DNA of 64,000 nucleotides from an uncultured delta proteobacterium (GCA_963699755.1 CAVOVB010000001.1:32001-96000); one strand, 5' to 3'; positions 1-9,233 are shown, counted from the first letter of the stretch. The notes: generated from the sequence alone by a model not told the origin. Numbers and translations: made by a program.

Positions 1-211
1 GCCTTGGTAGGGGTGGAAGTCCACGGGGCGGCCGTCGACGCGGGCTTTGACGCGGTGGGTGGCGCCCGAGACGACGGCGGTTTGTAGCTTGTGGGCTACT
101 GGCCGCGCGGCCTGCCGTTTGTGTCGTGTCTTTGTGCAACTTCGAGCGACGGTGGCGGATGAAGGGGTGTGCCGAATACGATCCGGAGCTTGCGGTAAGC
201 CCGTACGCTGC

Positions 212-241
212 TTGACGTCGTTCACCAAGCAGGTGTACACT
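212..241 (+). promoter_or_regulatory. sigma70-like promoter with overlapping imperfect palindrome (probable TA operator)
   Basis: TTGACG(212-217)-N18-TACACT(236-241), 4 nt before ATG 246; GTTCACC-AAGCA-GGTGTAC inverted repeat at 220-238. Confidence 0.6.
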
Positions 242-245
242 TCAG

Positions 246-392
246 ATGATCCGCCGCGTGGAGCTCACTAGGCGGGCCGAGAAGCCGGTGCGGAGGCTTG
301 CAAGGCGTGTAGTCAGGAAGCTCAAGACTTGGACGTACCTCGTCGAAGAGATCGGTTTGGAAGAAGTTCGCGTGAGCAAGCATGGCTACTAA
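246..392 (+). pseudogene. HigB/RelE-like toxin with central deletion (48 aa)
   Basis: Hand translation MIRRVELTRRAEKPVRRLARRVVRKLKTWTYLVEEIGLEEVRVSKHGY*; N- and C-terminal ends of a RelE-type toxin joined directly; lies upstream of an HTH antitoxin; not in the ORF track. Confidence 0.65.
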
Positions 393-730
393 GCGACGAA
401 AGAGGCTTCGGCGCCCTGCTGCATCGGAAGGGTCAGATTGATGCGCTGGAGCTCCTCGAGAGCATCGACGGCCCGATGACCCTTGGCGATATGATTTGGA
501 GCCTCCGGGACTGCGACGAGGTCAGCCAGGCTGAGTTTGCGCGACAGCTGGGCGTCAGCCGCTCGCATCTTTGCGATGTCGAGAAGGGGCGGAAGGTGGT
601 GAGCCCCGAGCGGGCCGCCGCGTGGGCGAAGGTTCTTGGCTTCCCGCCAACGGTGTTCGTGAAGTTGGCGCTTCAGGAGCAGCTGGACCGGGCGGGGGTG
701 AAGATGAACGTGGAGGTGGAGGCAGCGTAG
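382..730 (+). CDS. HigA-like XRE HTH antitoxin (5' end possibly frameshifted)
   Basis: SQAEFARQLGVSRSHLCDVEKGRKVVS HTH; the ATG at 382 overlapping the toxin stop reads MATKRRK in a different frame and stops at 441, so the true start is uncertain. Confidence 0.75.
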
Positions 731-812
731 GGGACATATGCTGTGGGTGGCGCCGCAATTCTGGCGTTTCTAGACTTGTGATAAGACAGAATTGCCGTTC
801 TTGGAGCTAGAA

Positions 813-1571
813 CTAGACAGGCTTGGCGTGGCCTTTGTCGATGAGCTCCTGATTCAGGTACCGCCCTTTCAAGAACGTGCTCTCGATGCCTTGGTTGTTG
901 AAGGCGTAGAAGACGTGGCCGACGTAGCGGCGGCCGGCGGCGCCTTGCGCGGTGTCGCGTGGGGGGGCGTCGATGCGGGCGAGACGGATGGATTGGCGGC
1001 GGATGACTTCGAAGCCTAGGTCGATGTCGAGGAGGAGGGTGTCGGCGTCGATGACGTCGCGGACTTCGGCTTTGTAGAGGTAGCTCGGGTCGGTGGGGCG
1101 CTTGAGGACGATGGGCTTGCCCTTTTGTTGCCGTTGGGCGGAGTCGTAGCGGGCACCTTGGATGGCGGTGCGGAGGCGGGTGGCCGAGAGGGAGTCTTCG
1201 GCGGCGAGCTGTTCGTAGAAGGTGCGTTCGTTGGCGTCCTGGAGCTGCATGAGGATGCGGAAGTGGGCCCAGCTCAGGCCTTCGACGCGTGGGGGGCGTT
1301 TGTAGGTTTGGTAGAAGGTGACGGTGCGTTGGAGGGTGCGGAGGTCGATGGCTAGGTCGGCGGAGAGGTCGGCGAGGATGGCGTTGTGGAAGTTGGCGCG
1401 GGTGGTGAGCTTTTCCTTCGCGATGCGTTTGCCGATGGACCAGTAGCTTTCGAGGAGGGCTTGGGCGGCGGCGCGTTCGGCTTCTTGTTTGCCTTCCCCG
1501 ATGATTTGGCGGAGGTCGGCGAGGAGCTTGGTGTATTGGCGGGTGGTGAGGAGGTCGGTGGTGGGTGGCAT
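813..1571 (-). CDS. DUF1016 (YhcG) N-terminal domain fused to thermonuclease (SNase)-like domain
   Basis: LLESYWSIGKRI...LSWAHFRILM...ERTFYE...LSATRL (DUF1016_N), then VIDADTL...DLGF...IRLARIDAP and LNQELIDKGHA (SNase); start chosen at MPPTT. Confidence 0.75.
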   Translation of the reverse strand: MPPTTDLLTTRQYTKLLADLRQIIGEGKQEAERAAAQALLESYWSIGKRIAKEKLTTRANFHNAILADLSADLAIDLRTLQRTVTFYQTYKRPPRVEGLSWAHFRILMQLQDANERTFYEQLAAEDSLSATRLRTAIQGARYDSAQRQQKGKPIVLKRPTDPSYLYKAEVRDVIDADTLLLDIDLGFEVIRRQSIRLARIDAPPRDTAQGAAGRRYVGHVFYAFNNQGIESTFLKGRYLNQELIDKGHAKPV

Positions 1572-1778
1572 TTCGGCCCTGCGGGCCGATATTAGCATAG
1601 TGCCGGGCGTGCGCGCGCCCAGGGCCATGCGTTCGAGGTGCGTGTCTTCTTCGGGGCGTGGGGTCTTCACCAAGAGGACCGAGATGCGGCCCGGGGGGAC
1701 GGTGTCGCGGCGTAGGGTGGGTGTTTCGGCAGTTGAAGGTGAGGCGCAACACGCGCCGGAGGCATCCGATGACAGCGC

Positions 1779-1880
1779 GTGCCAACGGTGCTGCGGCGAG
1801 GCGGGTTCCGGGTGTTCTTCTTCAGCGACGAAGGATGGGAACCGCTCCATGTGCACGTAGAACGAGGTGGGGGCGTGATG
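1779..1880 (+). pseudogene. DUF4160-family toxin fragment
   Basis: MPTVLRRGGFRVFFFSDEGWEPLHVHVERGGG matches the family N-terminus; resemblance is lost afterwards. Confidence 0.6.
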
Positions 1881-1922
1881 CGGGTTGCTGTTTCCACATC
1901 CGGAAGATGCGCAGCGGGTGAG

Positions 1923-2010
1923 TTAGCCTCGAAAGATGCGCGCGCGCGACATGCCCAGGTAGGTCACGCTTCGGTGCCCGTCGGTTTCGATCTCGGTGAG
2001 TGCTCTCGAG
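1923..2010 (-). pseudogene. C-terminal remnant of a UvrD-like SF1 helicase
   Basis: LTEIETDGHRSVTYLGMSRARIF resembles motif VI (YV(G/A)MSRAR). Confidence 0.4.
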
Positions 2011-2093
2011 GAGCTTCGGGCGGGGGTGACCGATGAAGGGATATGCGGGTGGCGTGGCTTCAACGGCTGTTCTGCGAGGCGCGATCGGCAGGA

Positions 2094-2129
2094 TTGACAA
2101 TCGATTGGATTAGGACAAATTGTCCTAAT
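2094..2129 (+). promoter_or_regulatory. -35 box and palindromic operator of DUF4258/HTH pair
   Basis: TTGACA at 2094-2099; ATTAGGACAA-A-TTGTCCTAAT perfect 10-bp arms at 2109-2129. Confidence 0.7.
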
Positions 2130-2138
2130 GATGCCTAG

Positions 2139-2405
2139 ATGGATTCGGCGGAGGCGCTTCGGGTCGTCCGGGGATTGGCGAGGGCCAACCGGATTTGGCT
2201 TACCGCTCATGCTGCTCGAGAGGCGGTCGAGTGCGGGGCGACGCGCGATGGCATCCGGTGTGCCCTCAGCAACGCGGAGCGCGTTCGAGCGAGTGGTAGG
2301 GGTCGTGCGTCGGACTGGACGGCCGTCGGTCCCGACGAGAACGGCGACGATTTGGAAGTCGCGCTCATCTTGGAGGACGGCATTCTAGTCATCACGGTCT
2401 ACTGA
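2139..2405 (+). CDS. DUF4258-family putative toxin
   Basis: 88 aa; WLTAHAARE...GPDENGDDLEV...VITVY pattern. Confidence 0.7.
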   Translation: MDSAEALRVVRGLARANRIWLTAHAAREAVECGATRDGIRCALSNAERVRASGRGRASDWTAVGPDENGDDLEVALILEDGILVITVY

Positions 2406-2420
2406 TGGAGCAGCACGGCG

Positions 2421-2843
2421 ATGAAAACGACAGAGCACAAGATCAAGCTGGATGGGCGGACCTTTCGTGGTCGGGTGCCCTGCTCAGTGAGCAGAAAGCG
2501 GCCCGAGCTTGGGCCGCTGATCCATATCGACGACCTGGGGGTGTTCGAGGGGAAGGTTGCGCAACGGATCTTTGCCGAGAAGCTTCGGGGGCCACAGTCG
2601 TTTCGCCTGTGTCGGAGCGTCTGTGCAATGAGCATGCAGGCGGTGGCTGACTTGCTTCAGGTCGACCGACGCACGGTGCAGCGCTGGGAGAGTGCGGAGA
2701 GCCCGGTGCCGCCTTGGGCGATGTTGCTCATGGCGAAGATGGCGGATGAGCGCTCGAAGGGGCGGGCTGTGATGCGAACTTGGCTGACCGAGCTGGCGGA
2801 TGAAGAGGGGCGGCCGACGGAGATTGATTTGGACGTGGCTTAG
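2421..2843 (+). CDS. HTH antitoxin (MqsA/XRE-like)
   Basis: MSMQAVADLLQVDRRTVQRWES HTH; directly follows the toxin. Confidence 0.7.
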   Translation: MKTTEHKIKLDGRTFRGRVPCSVSRKRPELGPLIHIDDLGVFEGKVAQRIFAEKLRGPQSFRLCRSVCAMSMQAVADLLQVDRRTVQRWESAESPVPPWAMLLMAKMADERSKGRAVMRTWLTELADEEGRPTEIDLDVA

Positions 2844-5056
2844 CAGGAGGTGCGGGCAGCGCGTGCGCGACGCCGGAACCCGAGCGCCAGCAATGCGAGC
2901 AGAATCCAGCCTGCCGTGACAGGAGGGGCTCCGCCGACGCTGCAACCACCGCCTCCGCCTCCGTTCGTGGCGCCCTTGGCGCATGCGGCGGCTGAGTCCT
3001 CGCTTGGGATCGTGGGGTCGACGCACTTGCAGGCGAGCTCGAGCTCGTCGGCTGCGTCGGTGAGGAGGGAGCTCGCCGATGCGGCGCCGTCTTGGGCGCG
3101 CCAATCGTCGTGATGCGTTTGGGCTTGGTCGAGCTTTGCGCTCACCGAGCTCCAGGTTTGCTCGCTGAGGTCGCCCGCGGCAACGGCCTCTGCTCCTGCG
3201 TTGCGAGCCTGCGCGATTAGGTCACCAACCGAGTTGACGTCCTCTGTTGCACCGACGAGGTCGGTTTGGTCGATCGTGGCAGCGCGCCGGTCTCTGGCTG
3301 CTCCCGCGCAGGCAGCATCGCGCACGATGAGGTCACTTCGCGTCGTGCGCCAGACGGCGATGCCGCCTTCGACGGGGCGGTCGACGATGCTGAGGTCTTG
3401 CCGGTTCGCGAAGGTGCGGGAAACGAGCGTGCGTGTCGGCGACTGGGGAATGACCAAGGTGCCGTCGTTGAGGATGTTGACCAACGCTGTCGAATCCTCG
3501 AGTGACTCCGAGAACCATAGGAGCTCCCCCGTCTCTCGATCGGCGATTCCCATCGCGGTTTGGATGGGAAAGAGCGCGCTGCTCGCCCCGATGGGAAGAA
3601 TCGTGCCCACCCCCACTTGAAAGGCGAGATGGTTCGCTCCGACCGGCGAGCTCAGCAGAGTTCCCTCGACCAGGCGTGCGTCGGTCTCGTCGCCTTCCCA
3701 CAAATCGAAACCCACCGAGTACTTGATCTCGCCGCGGTCACCGCGGTCGATGACGGCGACCGTATCGAAAAGCGTGTTGACGTAAATCTCGTTGTTGTCG
3801 GACGCGACGGTTGGTGATGCGACGATCTGCCCTCCAACATCGAGCGTCCAAAGCGTCTCGCAGCTCTGGGGATCGTAGGCCAAGAGATTGCCCACTGCGT
3901 CGGCCACATAGAACCGTGTTTCGTCCGCCTTCCCCGCCGTCGTGGTTGCGGAGCCGCCTTCGAACGAAAGATGGCAGACTTCCTCGATGCCGTAGAATTC
4001 CGCGCCAGGCTGCTTGACGACGTCGAAGGTGTAGACCGCCCCGTTTTCAGAGAGCCCGTCCTCGCTTCCGTCCTCGGCATCGGGCGCGGTGGTCGAGATG
4101 TAGATGCGACCTCCGCCATCGGGCAGCGGGCCGCGCGAGAAGGTGTTCGCGTTGACGACGGCGTGACCGAGAATGAAGGCGACGAACAGATTGAAGTTGC
4201 CGCCCTCGGGGGCGCCCGCAATGAGCGGCGCAAAAAGCTCATCGGCTTGCTCGATGTATTGATCGAGCAAGGGGTTTTGGATGCCCATGCCGGGCGCAGG
4301 TGAGCCCGGCATTTTGTAGGGCTCTTCGATGAGGGGGTCCCCCGTCTTGCGGTCGAGAATCTCGATGAATCCGTCCCCCGTGATCATGACGATGCCATCG
4401 ACGCCCGGCAGATAGCTCGGCCCCCAGGCCACGTGCTCACCGAGGTTGGTGAAATTGACCGTCGCTGGCGGCAATCCAAGCCGGGTCGGCTTGCTCCATA
4501 CGACGGTGCCATCGGTGCGCAGCATCCAAACGCGGTGGCGCTTGCCCGCGACGACGAGCTCTTCGCCGGTCTCGGGATCCTTCAGCGTCATCGGCGCATC
4601 GGCGACCGTCAGGAACTCGTTCGGCTCGCCCGGGATGGACCACTCGGTGCCGCAGTCGTGCATGTCGTACTTGTTGATGACGCTCTTGTCTCCGGCCCAG
4701 GCGGGGCTTGCGTAGTAGAAGCCTTCGCTGTCTTGCGCGCCCGCCACCGGGAAGTGGTGCGTCGGGTCGGTGACACAGGTGAGCTCGAAGGTCGGCGCGA
4801 TCACGGTGGTGAGCTCGTCGGCGTTGAGGGCGTTGCCGTGCCGCTCGTTCCACAGAGCGCGGTCGCGGCCGATGACCGGATCGACGAACTGGGTGTCCCG
4901 AGGCCCTTCGGGCTTCCAGGTCGTGACGGGCGGAATCGACGGCGTGCGGAGGGTCGGCTCGTCGATCGGGGCGCCAAGTTGGGCCGAGGCGGGAGCGGCG
5001 ACGGCGCTCGCGACCAGCACCGCCGCGATTGAGAGAACGATTGTGCTTCGTGTCAT
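2840..5056 (-). CDS. Secreted PQQ-like beta-propeller protein with MYXO-CTERM-like tail (3' part of the 1012-aa ORF)
   Basis: Own RBS GGAGGA and ATG at 5056; signal peptide MTRSTIVLSIAAVLVASAVAAPASAQ; repeats such as DGTVVWS and ETGELLWF; tail GGGCSV...WILLALLALGFRRR. Confidence 0.7.
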   Translation of the reverse strand: MTRSTIVLSIAAVLVASAVAAPASAQLGAPIDEPTLRTPSIPPVTTWKPEGPRDTQFVDPVIGRDRALWNERHGNALNADELTTVIAPTFELTCVTDPTHHFPVAGAQDSEGFYYASPAWAGDKSVINKYDMHDCGTEWSIPGEPNEFLTVADAPMTLKDPETGEELVVAGKRHRVWMLRTDGTVVWSKPTRLGLPPATVNFTNLGEHVAWGPSYLPGVDGIVMITGDGFIEILDRKTGDPLIEEPYKMPGSPAPGMGIQNPLLDQYIEQADELFAPLIAGAPEGGNFNLFVAFILGHAVVNANTFSRGPLPDGGGRIYISTTAPDAEDGSEDGLSENGAVYTFDVVKQPGAEFYGIEEVCHLSFEGGSATTTAGKADETRFYVADAVGNLLAYDPQSCETLWTLDVGGQIVASPTVASDNNEIYVNTLFDTVAVIDRGDRGEIKYSVGFDLWEGDETDARLVEGTLLSSPVGANHLAFQVGVGTILPIGASSALFPIQTAMGIADRETGELLWFSESLEDSTALVNILNDGTLVIPQSPTRTLVSRTFANRQDLSIVDRPVEGGIAVWRTTRSDLIVRDAACAGAARDRRAATIDQTDLVGATEDVNSVGDLIAQARNAGAEAVAAGDLSEQTWSSVSAKLDQAQTHHDDWRAQDGAASASSLLTDAADELELACKCVDPTIPSEDSAAACAKGATNGGGGGGCSVGGAPPVTAGWILLALLALGFRRRARAARTSC

Positions 5057-5878
5057 GTTGCTTTCCTCCACGCGCTGAAGCGGCACGGGTTCTTTCACCA
5101 AGGGCCAAAGGAGCTGCTCCGACCAGCTCGATTCGGGAAGGTCTTCCACGCCGTACTCGGCGGGGAATCTGCGGGTGATTTTCGCGGTGCCGAAGAGAAC
5201 ATCCCAGAAGAAAAACAGGTTGCCGAAGTTCCCCTTGTAGTGCGTGATGCCATCGTTTTGGTGCTTGCCATGATGCGCCGAGTGCGTTGCCGGGGTGGAG
5301 ATGGTTCGTTCGGCGAGCCACATGAGGGGCGACAGCCACTTCACTTTGTAGAGCGGCTCATCCCAATGCACCTCGGAGTGCGCACCGATGATGACCAAGT
5401 GCTTGACGATGATGTAGGGGGCGTAGACCCAGCCGAGGCCGAGGTAGATGAGGATGCCGGAGAGCCAAATCGACGGCATCAAAAGATAGAAGAAGAGGTT
5501 GTTCCGCCAGACCACACGAACGCTGAGGTACTCCGCGTTGTGATGGGCGCGGTGCAGGCTGTAGAGCCAGGGCACGCTGTGTGACGCGCGGTGCCACCAG
5601 TACTGAGCCATGTCGTCGAACACGATCAGCAATGCGACCTGGGCGAAGATGGGAAGGGCGATGAGCGCGTCGCGGGCGCCCGGTGCCGCCACGGACATGA
5701 GGCCGTCTGCCATGAGCAGGATCGCCGGCTGCGTCAGGAGCAGCAGGGTCGCGCTGCTGACCGTTTCGACGATGGCGTCGTCGCGGGTGGCTTTCGCTTT
5801 CCTGAAGAATCCGTGGCGGACAGCCTCTGCGATGGCGAAAAGGACAAAGATTCCGAGAATGAATGGCTGTGGCTTCAT
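5057..5878 (-). CDS. Sterol desaturase/fatty acid hydroxylase family domain (5' part of the 1012-aa ORF, no stop codon)
   Basis: His boxes HRASH, HRAHH, HSAHH; NFGNLFFFWDVLFGT; RBS GGAGG. Confidence 0.85.
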
Positions 5879-5929
5879 GGCTACCTCCGTGGGGTGCCGT
5901 CGTTATTAGCGGAAGCGCTATCGGTAGAA

Positions 5930-5945
5930 TGTAAAATATTTTACA
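5930..5945. promoter_or_regulatory. Crp/Fnr-type binding site
   Basis: Perfect 16-bp palindrome TGTAA-AATATT-TTACA between the divergent desaturase and Crp genes. Confidence 0.7.
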
Positions 5946-5953
5946 ATCAGGTC

Positions 5954-6646
5954 ATGCCTACCCGGACGCTGGAGTTTGGCCTACGTGGGTTGCTCAACGC
6001 GCTGCCCGACCCGATTCGGAAGGCGCTCGAAGCCGCGGCAGTCCCGATCCCTTATCGCGACGGCGCCTTGATTCAGGCCCGCGGCGACGCCACCCCGGGG
6101 CTATCGATCGTCCGATCGGGGGCCGTGCGCATCGGCAACATCGGCGCGGACGGGCACCACCTGACGACCGCGGTCTTCGGCGCAGGGCAGACCTTTGGCG
6201 AGATGACGCTCTTTGGCGACCTCCCTCGAACCTTCGATGCGCGCGCGTTCGGACCCACGACCATTGCCCACGTCAGCAAGGAGCGATTCGAACGCCTGCT
6301 CGACGAGCATCCCGAGCTGGGCCGGTTCATTCTACGGTCGCTGAGCTTGCAGCTTCATGCGGCGCTCGAGTTCATCGATGACGCGCGGCGACTTCCGCTT
6401 CTGGTCCGAACCGCGAAGCTGCTCGCGGACATGACTCGCGCCGGCTCCGACAAAGCGACTCTCGAGACCACGCAATCCGCGGTCGCCAACACGCTCGGCG
6501 TGACGCGCGTGTCGGTGGCCCATGCGCTTGCCGAGCTGGAGCGCGAGGGCTTGCTTCGCAGAGGCTACGCGCGGATCGAGATTCCGAATCTGCGCGCCCT
6601 CCGACAGTGGGTCGATGAGCGCTCGGAGCTTGCGCCAGTCCGATAG
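5954..6646 (+). CDS. Crp/Fnr family transcriptional regulator
   Basis: cNMP-binding fold (FGEMTLFGDLPRTFDA) plus HTH (TQSAVANTLGVTRVSV). Confidence 0.9.
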   Translation: MPTRTLEFGLRGLLNALPDPIRKALEAAAVPIPYRDGALIQARGDATPGLSIVRSGAVRIGNIGADGHHLTTAVFGAGQTFGEMTLFGDLPRTFDARAFGPTTIAHVSKERFERLLDEHPELGRFILRSLSLQLHAALEFIDDARRLPLLVRTAKLLADMTRAGSDKATLETTQSAVANTLGVTRVSVAHALAELEREGLLRRGYARIEIPNLRALRQWVDERSELAPVR

Positions 6647-6664
6647 GGAGCGCGCGCGCGGCCA

Positions 6665-6931
6665 CTACATGAGGCGAAAGAGTAGCCAGGCGGCGGCAGC
6701 GACGAGAGCGACAAGGATCGGGATGACGAGCTTGAAGACCCGGCCGGATCGGTCCATGAGCGCGGCACTTTTCGCTTGAATCCGCTCGGCCCGATCGTTG
6801 ATGGCGTTCGCACGGTCGTACTGCGTCTTGGCGAGCTCGAAATGCTCGCGCTGAATCGAGAGCTGCTCGCGCTGCCCCTCGCGAATCTCTTGCAGCAGCT
6901 TGGCAAGCTGCTCAACGTCCTCTTTGTCCAT
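6665..6931 (-). CDS. Small coiled-coil protein with C-terminal membrane anchor
   Basis: MDKEDVEQ...; hydrophobic C-terminus; RBS GGGGGAG. Confidence 0.65.
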   Translation of the reverse strand: MDKEDVEQLAKLLQEIREGQREQLSIQREHFELAKTQYDRANAINDRAERIQAKSAALMDRSGRVFKLVIPILVALVAAAAWLLFRLM

Positions 6932-7161
6932 CACTCCCCCCAAGCACAAGATATCAGTGCTGGGGCGGTCCGCCCCAAATCTTCTCAGACCCTACCGAGG
7001 TTCGCCCGGAGGGGCGCCGAGGAGTTTGCGCGCGAGGCGGGGCGGTGGGGCGCGAGCTTTGCACCTCCTTTTACGAGAAAGAATTACGTATGGACGGGCG
7101 TAGCCGGGCAAGGCAGCTTGGCTGTGACCTGTGGCTGTGGGTCTAACCGGGGAGGTTGCGT

Positions 7162-7902
7162 ATGCGTTGTTCGAGGATCGGCTTGGCGGTGGTGCTCGTC
7201 GGCCTCGTGACCGGAACATTGCACCGAGCTGCGGCGCAGGATGTCGAGCGCGCAAGCGATCCTGAGGGACGCGGCTCGCTTTCGGCCGAGCTGAGGTTCC
7301 GCCTGTTTACGACGGCATATCGCTGGTCGAGCTACCGCCCGGAGGCCACGAACCTGCCGGACTCGGGAAAGCGGAGCCTCTATCTGGTGCCTTCCGTGGG
7401 CGCGCGCTTCTATCCGAAGCACGGCCATGGCGTGCTGGTCGACGTCGATTACCGGCTCGACATGGACCTCGACAGCGATGCTAGTTTCCTCTGCATCTTC
7501 GACTGCCCGCCTCAGTTGTGGACGAACCTCGTCGTTGCGCATGCGGGCTACGCCTATCGGTACGTCATCCCGTCGCACAAGCAGGGGCGTCTCACCTGGA
7601 CGATTACCCCGCACGCGAGCGTGGCTGCCGGCGCTGCGTTCACCGACGAAATTGACTCCCCTGGCCAGTCCTTCCGCTCGCCTGTCGTCGGAGCGCGCTT
7701 CGGTCTCGACATCGACCTTCACATCAAGCGTTTCTTCATGGGCTGGACGCTCCGGTACGAGATCTTGAGCCACACGAAAGGGGCTCTTCGATTGTCCCAC
7801 TTCCTTTCCTGGAACGTCGTTCCCGTATTCGCCATCGGCGCGGTCCTAGGTCGAAAAGTCCAGACTCGCGGCGCGGCTGGCCTGCCGGGGGCAACCCGCT
7901 AA
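7162..7902 (+). CDS. Hypothetical outer-membrane beta-barrel protein
   Basis: Signal peptide, alternating hydrophobic strands, RBS GGAGG. Confidence 0.6.
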   Translation: MRCSRIGLAVVLVGLVTGTLHRAAAQDVERASDPEGRGSLSAELRFRLFTTAYRWSSYRPEATNLPDSGKRSLYLVPSVGARFYPKHGHGVLVDVDYRLDMDLDSDASFLCIFDCPPQLWTNLVVAHAGYAYRYVIPSHKQGRLTWTITPHASVAAGAAFTDEIDSPGQSFRSPVVGARFGLDIDLHIKRFFMGWTLRYEILSHTKGALRLSHFLSWNVVPVFAIGAVLGRKVQTRGAAGLPGATR

Positions 7903-7955
7903 GTCGTCAGCCTCGCCTGCAAACCCGCCGGGGTGGCGCATGCTAGAGAACCATC

Positions 7956-8396
7956 ATGTCACGCGCGGAGAACTTCGAAAAGATACCGAAGGCAAGGGAG
8001 CAGTTCATCCTCGAGGGGATGATGTCGCATGCGCCTTTTCCGAATTTCCTCGGGATGCGATTCGAGGAGGTGCGGCTCGATTACGGCCGGATCTCGCTTC
8101 CGTTTCGGCCGGAATTCAATCAGCCGGCGGGGATGATTCACGGAGGCGTCATCGCATCGCTCATCGACACGGTGGTGGTCGGGCCGTTGCTCTCGGGGCT
8201 GGACGCGCCGCCGAGGAAGCTCCTGACGATTGACCTGCACGTGCACTACTTCGATGCCGGCATCGAGGAGGACCTCGTCGCCGAGGGCTGGGTGAAGCGG
8301 CGTGGGCGAAGCACCGCGTTCGTGGGCGCCGAGGTCAGGACCGCTTCAGGGAAGCTCCTTGCCGAGGGCAACATGGCGTATCGCATCGTCCCCTAG
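7956..8396 (+). CDS. PaaI family thioesterase
   Basis: NQPAGMIHGGVIASLID hot-dog motif. Confidence 0.9.
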   Translation: MSRAENFEKIPKAREQFILEGMMSHAPFPNFLGMRFEEVRLDYGRISLPFRPEFNQPAGMIHGGVIASLIDTVVVGPLLSGLDAPPRKLLTIDLHVHYFDAGIEEDLVAEGWVKRRGRSTAFVGAEVRTASGKLLAEGNMAYRIVP

Positions 8397-8510
8397 GCGC
8401 GCGCAGGCCCAACGCCTTGAAAGCCAGGCCAAGGCTCGAAAGGCAGGGTGCATGTGCTTTCGGAGAGCGTTCGGCGGAGAGTTTCTCTGTTGAGGCCTTG
8501 CCGATGAGCC

Positions 8511-9233
8511 TCAGCCCGCTGCTGCGTGCATTTCGTCGTAGACCGTTGCCAAGTCTTCGAGCGCCGCTGCGCAGTCGCCTTCGAAGGACGAGCCGTGCAC
8601 CACTCCGAGGACGCTCGGCTGCAACTCCGCCAAAGAGCGGATGGTCTTACCGGTGGTCGGAGTCAGGCAGGTTGCTTTGAATGCGGCCTCGGCTTCCTTT
8701 GCCGGGCCGACGATGTCTTTCGATGTCAGCGCCGATTCGTTGCCGAGCTGTGTGAAGAGGCCTCTGCAGAACAGCGTGCGCGTCGCTTCCTCGAAGAGGA
8801 CTCGTGCTTCCCAGCAATGGGGCACGTGGGGTGTATCGAAATGGTGGACGACTTTGCCGCCGAGGTCGAGCACCTCGCCGTGGTGCAAGGCGCGTGGAGG
8901 GCGGTCGGCCAGATCGTTGAGAGAGACCATGCAATCCACTTCGCCGTGAGCCACGGTGGCATTTGGAGCGCGCTCGAGCCATTGGTTCATGGAGCCGCAC
9001 TCGTCCGATTCGATGTGTCCAAACGTGATCCAGCGGAGTGAGTCGACGGGGATCAGCTCGGCGACCGCCGCCCGCACGGCAGGAAACATGGCGCGCGGCC
9101 CGGTGTGAAACAGCAAAGGCTCGACCGCCCGGATCAGAAACTGGTTGAATGTGAAGCCGGTTGGACCGATGTCGGGCACAAAGGTGCTGATCCGGAAGAC
9201 GTCGGCGGCGATTTCGTCGGTCGTGGTGTTCAT
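8511..9233 (-). CDS. MBL-fold di-iron (ODP/FprA-like) protein
   Basis: HIESDECG, PHVPHCWE, VVHGS motifs. Confidence 0.8.
   Translation of the reverse strand: MNTTTDEIAADVFRISTFVPDIGPTGFTFNQFLIRAVEPLLFHTGPRAMFPAVRAAVAELIPVDSLRWITFGHIESDECGSMNQWLERAPNATVAHGEVDCMVSLNDLADRPPRALHHGEVLDLGGKVVHHFDTPHVPHCWEARVLFEEATRTLFCRGLFTQLGNESALTSKDIVGPAKEAEAAFKATCLTPTTGKTIRSLAELQPSVLGVVHGSSFEGDCAAALEDLATVYDEMHAAAG

Noticed and set aside
1..100. Coding-like minus-strand frame VAHKLQTAVVSGATHRVKARVDG...
   Set aside because: Runs off the window with no clear start and no recognisable family
755..795. Inverted repeat GCAATTCTG/CAGAATTGC between convergent genes
   Set aside because: 9-bp arms with a 23-nt loop; not distinguishable from chance or a weak terminator
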